Assembly: GCA_001724265.1 (NCBI GenBank)
Contig: MEDY01000160.1
Span: 1-59,521 of the forward strand
DNA: 59,521 nucleotides
From: Rhizaria sp. SCN 62-66
Lineage: Eukaryota
Reading direction: 5' to 3'
Below the pieces are notes generated by a model that was not told the origin of the DNA, ran no database searches, and saw nothing but the letters and a program-made list of their open reading frames with translations. Below are positions 11,601-20,800 of this stretch, piece after piece. Numbering within the stretch: position 1 is the first letter of the stretch; every line of letters starts with the position of its first letter. The translations under genes were made by a program, and so were the position numbers.

Positions 11601-14083
11601 TGTCGCGGAACCGGTTGGCGGCAGCCGAGGTGGTGTCGTCCTCACTACCGTCCAGCAGCGCCAGAGCGGCGGCCGCGGCCGAAGCGGCGGCGGCCGAGGA
11701 GGCCAGCACCGAGGCCGTGGCGGCGAGTGCTGCGGCCGCGCGCGCGGCCTCGATCAGCGCCAGCGCGTGGGCGGCCGCGGGGCGCAGGGCGCTCGCACTT
11801 ATAGTCGCAGTCTCAGCGGTCTCAGCAATCGCGGCTGCAGTCGCACTTGGAGAGTCGGAAAGCTCGGACTCTGAAGATTGCTGTGCCTCAGCCTCAGTCG
11901 CTGACTCCGTCTTGGTGTCAGAAGACTCGCCCTTGGCCTCAGCCTGAGCCTCGGTGCGCGGGTGCTCTGACGTCGCACGCGAGTCTGCCTGCGCCGCGTC
12001 TGCTTCGGCATCAGCGGCCTGGGTGGCGGCAGTGAGGTTGGGCGCACCGTACATCACGGTGGTGAAGTCGCCGCCCCAGCCAAGCCGGCCCAGGCCCCGC
12101 GACGGGGCGACACTGGCAATATCCGTCTCAGACGCAGTCTTCGTCTCAGTCTCAGCAGCAGCAGCAGAGGAAGCCTCAGACTCGGCGGACTCAGTGTCTG
12201 TAGACTTCGACTGAGAATCAGAGCCGGAGCCAGAGTCTGCCTTTGACTCCTCGGACTCACCCTCGCTCTGACTCTGGCTCTCAGACTGCGTCACAGCGGC
12301 CTCACTCGGGGCGCTACTATCGCCCTCTGGCGCGAGGACAACTGGCGCCCCCTCCGCCTCGGCCTCCGCCTCAGCCAGTCGCCACGCGTCTTCTGCCCGC
12401 ACCCAGGCCTCGACGGCCCGCTCCCTCGCCTCGGCCGCCGCCTGAGCCGCCTCGCGGGCCACGTCCTCGGCCTCAACCGCCGCCTCGCGCCGCAGAGCCA
12501 CGCGCCGGGTCGCGTTCACGCGCGCCGCGCGGTCCTCGTCGTCCTGAACAAAGAGAGATCAGAGAGGAGAAATAGTATAACAGAGATTGTGAGGGGATAT
12601 ATTAGTGAGTATTTTTGACAAAAACAAATAAATATTAAGAATTTCAATAAATAATAGTTAAAATATAAAACTTTGAGGCTAGATTAACGTTATATACGCG
12701 AGAAACATCCAAAGAGTTCAAGCCCTACCTGCACGAGCGCGCCCGACGCAATCTCCCGCTCGCGCCAGAGCGCGATGGCGGCCCGGAGGTCCGGGTCGGA
12801 ACCGTTGACCCAGGTGTACACCACGTCCACGGGCGGCTGCAGCAGCGAGTCGGCGGGCAGCGGCCGGCCGCCGATCGAGTCAGTGAGGTCACGGCCGTAA
12901 CAGCTTGCGGATTGACCGTGGGCGCCAGAGTCCGGCAAGGCCGGGTCGCAGTAGCCGCCGTTGCTGGCGAGGTTGCCGCGGGCACGCCTGCTCACGGCCG
13001 CCAACACGCTCGCAATGCCGGGGCCGGCGCTGGCGGCCACGCCGTCGCCGTCGAGGTCGCGATCACTCTGCTCACGGTCAGTGTCACTGTCGGTGAGGGA
13101 GCAGGGCAAGAACGCAGGCGCGGGGGCGGGGAGCGAGTGGGGCGACTTGTGGAGCATTGATGATGATGACGACGACGAGTCAGAAAACGAGAGATGACTG
13201 CGAGCAGAGTGGCTGTGAGCAGCGGAGGCGACTGTGACCATATCGGGCATCAGCACCGTCACGGCGGCGGTCAATGCGGCCGCCACCGCCCCCAGCAGCT
13301 CGTCGACCGTGAGCGCGACCGCGTTCGAGACAGAGGCGGAGACGGACTGGACCTGCGCTGTGACGGTGCCGCCGAGTACTGAGTGAGCCAGCGACAAGTG
13401 AGGTGGTGACCGTGAGTCCAACAGCAACATCTGCTGCGAGTAGGATTTCGCGTACTGAAGCAGCGGAGACATCACCTCAGCCAGCCCAACAGTCACCGTC
13501 TCCGGCACGGCCTCAGACACCAGCGCCGCCGCCGCGGCCGCCGCGGCCGCGGGCGCAGCGGCCGCCGCAGCCAGTCCCCGCTCGATCTGCGCCTCGATGG
13601 CCGCCAGCGCGGGCGCGGGGGCCAGAAGCAGAGTATGCGCTGCGTAGCCGGCGGCAGCCGCGAGCGCGAGCAAGAGCAGGGGACACAGGGAACGCAAACA
13701 GTGGCGGCGGCGGCGGCGGGGGCCGTGGCTGTGGGGGAGGCCGGGGGGGCGGGCATCGTCGCACACGGTCGTCGCGGCGGCAGACGCAGGAGCAGCAGTC
13801 GCGCTCGGAGTGGCAGCAGCAGCAGCGGGGGTGGCGGCGGCGGGGGTTGTGGCCACGTTGACTGTTGCGCTTGCAACTGTCGGGGCAGAGTCTGAGCTGC
13901 TGTCGGGCTTAGCGACCTTGGCGTTGTCGGCACTGCTGCACTCTGAAGCAGAGCTAGAGCTCGAGCTCGACTTTGAGCTCGACTTAGAGCGAGAGGCAGG
14001 GGATGTCACTGGCGATGCCTGTTTGCTGCCGCTGCTGCCGCTGCTGCCGCTGCTGCCGCTGCTGCCGCTGCTGCTGTTGCTGT

Positions 14084-14118
<35 letters not shown>

Positions 14119-14165
14119 TTGCTGTCAGCTTCGCTCGCAGACGAAGGCGGTGACAGTGACGACAT
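5650..14165 (-). CDS. GNPTAB: GlcNAc-1-phosphotransferase alpha/beta-like Stealth family protein, complement(join(5650..12543,12729..14165)), about 2776 aa
   Basis: Stealth CR1 PVDVVYTWVNGSDP (~12790-12835); CR2 RFRDSDELRYSLRSL..APWVRRVWLVTNGQVPSWL...[22 protein letters not shown] (~11290-11612); two Notch/LNR repeats ([62 protein letters not shown]); CR3 DTFGESL...VPAHMPH...RFRHPHDMQFSFSYYYY; EF-hand DLDGDGRLDDDE; CR4 KFICINDD; hydrophobic segments near both termini. AT-rich phase-0 intron 12544..12728. Stop TGA. Confidence 0.93.
5986..6030. repeat. Perfect 15-bp tandem repeat x3 (CGTAAGGCTCGGAGT), encoding TPSLT x3 in GNPTAB
   Basis: Three consecutive identical units are directly visible. 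Confidence 0.95.
14024..14124. repeat. Compound coding microsatellite (GCTGCCGCT)n + (GCTGTT)n, encoding SSG and SN repeats of the GNPTAB N-terminus
   Basis: Directly visible 9-mer and 6-mer tandem arrays. Confidence 0.9.
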
Positions 14166-15021
14166 TGTGACACAGCTCAGTCACCCACCGGCAGTGCGGC
14201 TGGCAGCAAGAGTAGGAGTGGGGTAGAGAAGTAAGTGCGCTCTATAACTGCGAATGCGGAGCTACGAATGCACTATGCAACACAGCAACGACCGAGCGTT
14301 CGCAGTGACAGGGAGAGATGAGAGAGCGGATAACCTCCGCTGCCGCTAAGAGAAGGCGCAGTGGCGGGGCGGCCAGAGCGGGGTACAGACGGAGCGTGCG
14401 CGGTCACAGTCGTCGCAGCAGACGTGCCGGGCGCGAGTGCGAGTGCGAGTGGTAAGCGAGTAGGGGGAACGAGACGCTCCTTTCGCGAGCGGGCCAGTAA
14501 GGGTGCAGAAAGGGGGCGGGATATAGTGAAGATGGGATCTGGATGAGATAAATACAAAAGATAATAGCTTTAAAAGATCGTATGTTTCCTAAAATGCTGC
14601 ATTTGTGCATAACAACGGAAGATACATAGTGTGAGACATGTCGAAAATGAGGCTGACAAAGTGACCGTGAGCCCCAGTCGGTCACGTCGGCCGACAGCCC
14701 GACTGCCGACGAAATTTCGATGACCAGCAAGCTCGTCTTCGGCAATTGACTGAAAAGACTAAAAATGGTGTTATACGTCGTTCCTGTGGACTATTATCAA
14801 ATAACCAGCTGTGTTTTGTTGTGGCGTATTTCTTTCTTGTATTATTTGTTGCGATGTCGGTGTATTTCGGCATCAAAACTCTGTTTGCCTTAATCCGCGG
14901 ACCCACGCCGTTTTGGTTCCCGCTGTTTCCCTCCAACCGACCTTCCCGGCTTTTCTCCTCACTTAACCGCTCTGCCTTTTTCTTTTTCCACCATGTTTCT
15001 GTCCGCCCCAGCCTGTCCGCG

Positions 15022-16791
15022 ATGACCCAGGGTCCAAAGCGCGTGACAACTCCCGAGTCTGCGGGCAACTCCGCCGCTGCGGCCGCCGCCAAGCCCGCCG
15101 CGGCTTCCCCCCACGCCGCGGGCTCCACCGCGGACGCGTCCTACACCTGGGAGGAGGTTGCCGCGCACAACTGCGAGGCCACTGGCATCTGGATCTCCGT
15201 CGACGAGTCAGTCTACGCGATCCCCGAGTCCTTTTACGATCAGCACCCCGGCGGCAAGGAGTACCTGCTGCTCGCCGCCGGCCGTGACTGCACCGACCTC
15301 ATCGCCTCCTACCACCCCTTCACCAGCAAGCCCGCGGCCGTGCTCAAGTCCTTCCGAATCGGCGCGCTTGCCACGCGCCAGTACCCCAAATTCAAGCCCG
15401 ATGACGGCACGGGCTTCTACTCGACCCTCCGCAAGCGGGTCGGCGACTACTTCCGCAACAACAAGATCGACGAGAAGTCGATGGGCCCCTCGATCATGCG
15501 CATGTCCGCCATGGCCGTTGTGTACGTCTTCTCCTACACCGCCGCCATGACCAACACCTTCGCGCCTTTCTACGCCGCCCTGCAGGCCCAGTCTGTCTAC
15601 TTGGAGTACGCGGCCAAGGCCCTCTTCGCGGTGCTGCTGGGGTGGTCTCAGGTCATGTTCCTGCTCCACATCATGCACGACTGCTCGCACTCGGCGCTCG
15701 GCCACTCGGAGTCGATCTGGAAGCTCGGCGGGCGCATGTTCTCCGAGACGATTGTCGGCTCGTCGATGGTGTGCTGGCAGAACCAGCACGTCGTCGGCCA
15801 CCACATCTACACCAACGTCTACTCGATCGACCCCGACCTGCCGACGGCCGCCACGGGCGACATGCGCCTCATCGCGCCGCAGCAGTTCACGTCTTGGCTC
15901 TACAAGTACCAGCACCTGTATCTGCTGCCGCTCTACGGACTCTTCACCTTCAAGTCGCGCATTCAGGACCTGGAGATCTACCTCAGCCGCAAGAACGGCC
16001 CCATCGCAGTCAACCCCGTGACCCCCTCGCAGTGGCTGCGTCTGCTGGGCTCCAAGCTCACCTTTACCGTGCTCCGCGTCGTCATCCCGCTGATGCTGCT
16101 GCCCTCTTGGAAGCAGTGGGCCGCGCTGAGCTTCCTGGCCGAGTTCGTGTCCGGCGAGTACTTGGCCATCAACTTCCAGGTCTCCCACGTCTCCACCGAG
16201 GCCGAGTTCCCCGTCGCGGCCCTCATCCCGTCCTCGGCCTCCTTCCCCGTTGACGCCCACGCCGAGAAGCGCGCGCTGGACACGCACGTGCACGGCTTCA
16301 GCTCCCGCGAGCTCAGCTACGGCGAGTCTAAGAGTGCCAACTCTAAGTCTAAGGGTGGCCGCGTGACCACGATCGACAACACGGGCAAGTGGGGCGAGAA
16401 GACCACGATGCACCCGGACCACCGCAAGCCCTCCCCCGCGAACACCGCGGAGAACGCCAAGGCGGCGGCGGCGGACAAAAGCAACACGCGGTACATGTGG
16501 GACATGGCGTGGGCCGAGCTGCAGGTGCGCACCTCGGTCGACTACGCGCACGCGTCGGCCTTCTGCACCTTCATGTGCGGCGCGCTCAACTACCAGACTG
16601 AGCACCACCTGTTCCCCACGGTCTCGCAGTACCATTACCCGGCCATCGCGCCTATCGTGCGGCAGACGTGTGCCGACTTCGGCATCAAGTACAACTACAT
16701 CGAGACCTTCACTGACGCCATGGCGGGCCACCACAACCACCTGAAGGAGATGGGCGCCAAGGGCATCTTCTGCTACCCCAAGATGGACTAA
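15022..16791 (+). CDS. Cytochrome b5-fused front-end fatty acid desaturase (delta-5-like), intronless, about 589 aa
   Basis: YTWEEVAAHN...HPGG cytochrome-b5 domain; histidine boxes HDCSH, QHVVGHH and QTEHHLFP (Q-initial third box typical of front-end desaturases); NFQVSH and WAELQVRTSVDY resemble fungal, amoebozoan and oomycete delta-5 enzymes. ATG 15022 is chosen where GC-rich coding composition begins. Stop TAA. Confidence 0.92.
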   Translation: MTQGPKRVTTPESAGNSAAAAAAKPAAASPHAAGSTADASYTWEEVAAHNCEATGIWISVDESVYAIPESFYDQHPGGKEYLLLAAGRDCTDLIASYHPFTSKPAAVLKSFRIGALATRQYPKFKPDDGTGFYSTLRKRVGDYFRNNKIDEKSMGPSIMRMSAMAVVYVFSYTAAMTNTFAPFYAALQAQSVYLEYAAKALFAVLLGWSQVMFLLHIMHDCSHSALGHSESIWKLGGRMFSETIVGSSMVCWQNQHVVGHHIYTNVYSIDPDLPTAATGDMRLIAPQQFTSWLYKYQHLYLLPLYGLFTFKSRIQDLEIYLSRKNGPIAVNPVTPSQWLRLLGSKLTFTVLRVVIPLMLLPSWKQWAALSFLAEFVSGEYLAINFQVSHVSTEAEFPVAALIPSSASFPVDAHAEKRALDTHVHGFSSRELSYGESKSANSKSKGGRVTTIDNTGKWGEKTTMHPDHRKPSPANTAENAKAAAADKSNTRYMWDMAWAELQVRTSVDYAHASAFCTFMCGALNYQTEHHLFPTVSQYHYPAIAPIVRQTCADFGIKYNYIETFTDAMAGHHNHLKEMGAKGIFCYPKMD

Positions 16792-17154
16792 GCCAAGCCG
16801 GGTCCTGTCGTATTTGGTCGCTTCAATGACTTAAATGGTGGCGGGCGGAAGCTCTATTCCCTTTTTTCAAGTGTTATGAAAGGATAGCCGCTTCGTGTCC
16901 ACCCTAATACGCAATCACAACAACAACAACAATACGGATCTCAGCATAACAACCGCGCGCAGCTGTTTCTGCTAAATCGCAGTTGCGTGTTTATGTTCTC
17001 GCTCGATTTGTTATTGTGTGTGACAAGTGTTAGGTCGGAAAGCTATTCTCTGTGCGTGTGTGTCTGTATTTTTTTATTCGTCGCTTTATTTAAGTGGCCT
17101 TTTATTGTTATATTATTATCGAACAACTGCCTTGTTATTTGCAACACCTCCGAA

Positions 17155-17187
17155 ACAACAACAACAACAACAACAACAGCAACAACA
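17155..17187 (+). repeat. (ACA)n microsatellite in the 3' region of the desaturase gene
   Basis: About 10 near-perfect ACA units; similar (CAA)n tracts at ~5596-5620 and ~16917-16932 also lie just downstream of genes. Confidence 0.85.
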
Positions 17188-17836
17188 TCAGAAGTCGTTC
17201 GCATGCAGCCACCGTGTCGGCTATCACCGCGACTGTCTCTGTCAATCAGTCTCACAAGCAGCGAGCACACCTCTCACACAGGTGGCTGCCTCCTGCGCGA
17301 CTGCGGGGTGTATCGACTGCTGCTGGTGTTGTTGCTGCGTTGCTGCAATGATGAGGATGCGAAGAGGAAGGGAGGAGGAACACTATTTACTTTATTAACG
17401 TACAAAGATGTACTAGAAACAATACAACAAGTTCAATTTATTGATCAATCTTAATTTTCCATATCATATATTAGCGGCTCATTGTCATAGCCTTTTAGTT
17501 CACCGAAATATCGATGCTATTGTGGTGGAACGTTATACTTTTACGCAGCGCAAGCAGTGGCAAAATGTTTGATTGTGGTTGCGAAGTCGCGCGCATCGGT
17601 AGGTCAACTTTCAACGAGCACACTGCATAAATCCTATCGTCAACAGTAAATTAATTTAAAGACGGTATATTATACCTTTAAATTAACTTTAATTTGTAAT
17701 TTTATCTTACTTTAGTTTGTAACCTTGTTTGAAATCTCTGTGCAAAGAATCACCCAGGTTCAGGTTCTCTCAGCAAGCCACCTGCATAAACACGCGCTCT
17801 CAGTAGGTCAGGGACAGAGCAGACGTGTTCCGCTCG

Positions 17837-20800
17837 ATGTCCCACCACCCCGCCCGGCCAAAGCGTCCCTTTGATGCCACCGCCGAGGCCATAACGACCG
17901 ATGCCGCGAACGACGACGCTTCCTCCGCAGCCACTGCGTCTTCTGATGCGGTTATGACTGCAAACGTTGCGACTGTGACTAACTCCGGCTCTGCGTCTGA
18001 CGACGAGTACGCGCACAACCGAGACAACCGCGGCAGCCCCGCCGCCGCCGCGCGCGCCCGCCGCCCCCGCAAGGCCACCGCCGCCGCCAACGCTGGTGCC
18101 GCGGGCGCTGCGCAGTCGTTTCTGTCCACAATCACGCTGCCCGCGCTGGCGACCCCCTCGACCGCCTCGACCGTCCCGCAGCCCGCCGCACTGCGCTCCG
18201 CCCCGGCTGCCTCACGGCCTGCGGCGCCAGCGGGAGCGGCGGTGTTGCTCAGGCGGCTGGACTCAGCGACGGCAACGGCGGCCATCACTGCCGCCGCCGA
18301 GGCAGCCGCCGCCGCCGAGGCAGCCGCGCTGGCCGCCGCGCTCGAGACCACGGAAGCCGCCTCCGCCGCTGCTTCTGCGACTGCCGCTGCTATGCCAGCC
18401 GTTAGTGGGAGGCCGCCGGCGGTGGTTGTGCGGAAAGCGTTGCCGTCGTTTCTCCCGCTTCGGCCAACGCAGAAGCAGCCTCCAGTGACTGTGCAAGCTC
18501 GTAACGTGGCCGGTAGTTCTAGCTCTAGCTCGAGTTCTAGTTCGAGTTCTATTGCACCGACTGCTGCGACTTCTCCGACTGTGACCTTGCCACGGCCACG
18601 GCCACTGCCGCCGCCGCCGCCGCCGCAAACCAGCTCCAGATCAAGCTCTGACTCAAGCTCAAGCTCTAGCTCTAGCTCTCGCTCTCGCTCCGGCGCACGT
18701 AGTGACTCGGCGTCGACCTCGGCCTCGGCCTCGGACTCTGGATCCGCTGTTTCTGCGACTGGTGCTGCTGCCACCGCGACTGCAATCACTGATGCTGCTG
18801 TTTTGGCTCGTCAAAACCCTCGCTCTCGCCTCACCACCACAACTACAACAACAACTGCAGCAACACCAGTTGCGACCACTGGCCCGAGCGCGAAAGCTGC
18901 GTATGCACCTCAAAGCTCTGCAACAACAGCAACATCAACACCTGCAGCAGAAACCAAATCAGCAACAATAATATCACAAGCTCCCAACTCCAAGGTTAAA
19001 CCTGACTCGCGTTCACAGTCACTCAGCTCACAGTCACCTGGCTCACAGCCGCTGCCGCAGCCACTCGCCCCCGAGGCCGCGGCCGCCCGCGCCGCGCTCC
19101 GAGCCCGCCTGCTTACTATGGCCGACGGGGCGGGGCTGCTGCGCGGCGCGCGGGACCCAGTGCCCCGGCCGCTCTTTACGCCTGGACCGCTGGTCAGGGC
19201 CGGGCCGGCGACATGGTCCACCGCGCTGGCCCACAGCAACGTTAATACCAACGGCATCGGCTATGCCACGAATTGGGCTAGCAGCTCTAGCGGTGGTGCA
19301 AGCGGTGCGGTGGGCGGTGCGGCGGGCAAAGTGGCCGCCAACAACAGTGCAATGAAGGTTTCTGCGACTAATAGCATGTACGCGAATGCAGTTGGTGGCA
19401 CTCCGCGGGGGTCGGCGAATAATCTCAGTATCTCCTCGTCCAACCCGCTAAGTACCAACCTCAGCTCCTCGCCCGGCCTCAGCGCTGCGAGCGCACACCC
19501 GAACGCTGCCCACGTGCCTGCTGGCTCTGGCGCTGGCTCTGCTGTCTCTGACTCTGCGAATGCGGCTGCGGACTGGGACTGGGCCGGTCTTAGCACCGAC
19601 GCGTCCCCCGGCTACGCCCTCACGGCCACGGCCCCCGTGGGGGTCGGAGCGCGGCGGCGGCTGTTCGTGCTGCCAGGCCGCCTCGCGGGCCCACCCCGGC
19701 CAGGGCTGAGCTCGGCGTGGGTGGAGGACGCCGCGTCGGACACGCCCCGGGTGGTGTTCTGCTTCCCCGTGCCGGCCAAGGGCAAGGGCAGGGGCGGGGA
19801 TAGTGGCGGAAGCAGCAAGAGTCAGAGCAAGAGCAAAAGGGACCGGAGGGATAGCAAAGCGAAGGATAAAGCGAATCTGACTCCCAATTCGAAGGCGAAA
19901 GGGGTTAAGATGGGTGATGACTCTGATTCTGGCTCTGGCTCTGAGTTGGAGTTGTCGCAGAGTCTGCACCGTGACTGTGACCGTGGCAACAGCGACGACG
20001 ACGACGACGATGACACGAATCTCAATCCCAGCCGCCGTCGTCACCGCAGTCGAGTAAGCACTCCGAACTCCAAGAGTAAGCCTCTCGACAAGCCTGCCCG
20101 CAATGCTGCCCGTGACACCGACACCGACACCGACAGCGACAGCGATGATGGCAGTGGCAGCGGCGGCGGTGACGCCGCCAGCGGTGCTTTGGGCGTGGGC
20201 ATCCTGGTCTTCCAGGGCGTCGCCGTGCCCACCGACGGGCCTTTCGTCACCCTCACGCCAAAGCAGCCGAACTTCAACAGCAGCAGCAGCAACAGCGGTG
20301 GCAACTCTGCGAGCTCTCGCTACGACGCCGGTAGTCCAAACGCTACTGCTGGCACTGGCGCTGGCGCGGGGGGCACGGGCGATGGAGGGTTTTGGGTCCG
20401 TGCGTGCGACGACGTCGTCGTGTTTCCGCTCTACTGGTGGCGCGTTCTGCCGCCTCTCGACGACGATGACGGCGGCGGCGGCGGCGGTGAAGTCTCTGCC
20501 AGCAGCAGTACCAGCGGCGAGAACAAGGCTGTCGCGATGATGATCGCGCAAAGCCGCGAGCTGTACAAGCCTTTCTTGCCCGCGCAACCTGGCGCTGCCG
20601 ACGCCGACGCGACTTCGCAAGGCAGTGACTGGCGGCGCTTCGGCTCCGGCCCCGAGCCGCCCCTCGCCGGTGGCCGCGGCCTGCCCTCCCACGTGCACTC
20701 GCGGGAACCGTGGGCCGGGCTTGTGCAGCGCCACGCCGCAGCCGCTGCCGCTGCAGCCACAGCAGCCACCGTGGCAGCTGCAGCGGGGGCGGGCCTGGGC

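Noticed and set aside
14746-15021. N-terminal extensions in the ORF track (desaturase; likewise AP2A 31794, ATAD1 38301, CIAO1 50340)
   Set aside because: Phe/Leu-rich translations of pyrimidine-rich UTR or intron sequence, mostly opened at non-ATG codons.
17762-17836. In-frame TAG at 17804 upstream of the RHL1-like ORF
   Set aside because: No nearby upstream in-frame ATG before AT-rich spacer; most simply 5'UTR.
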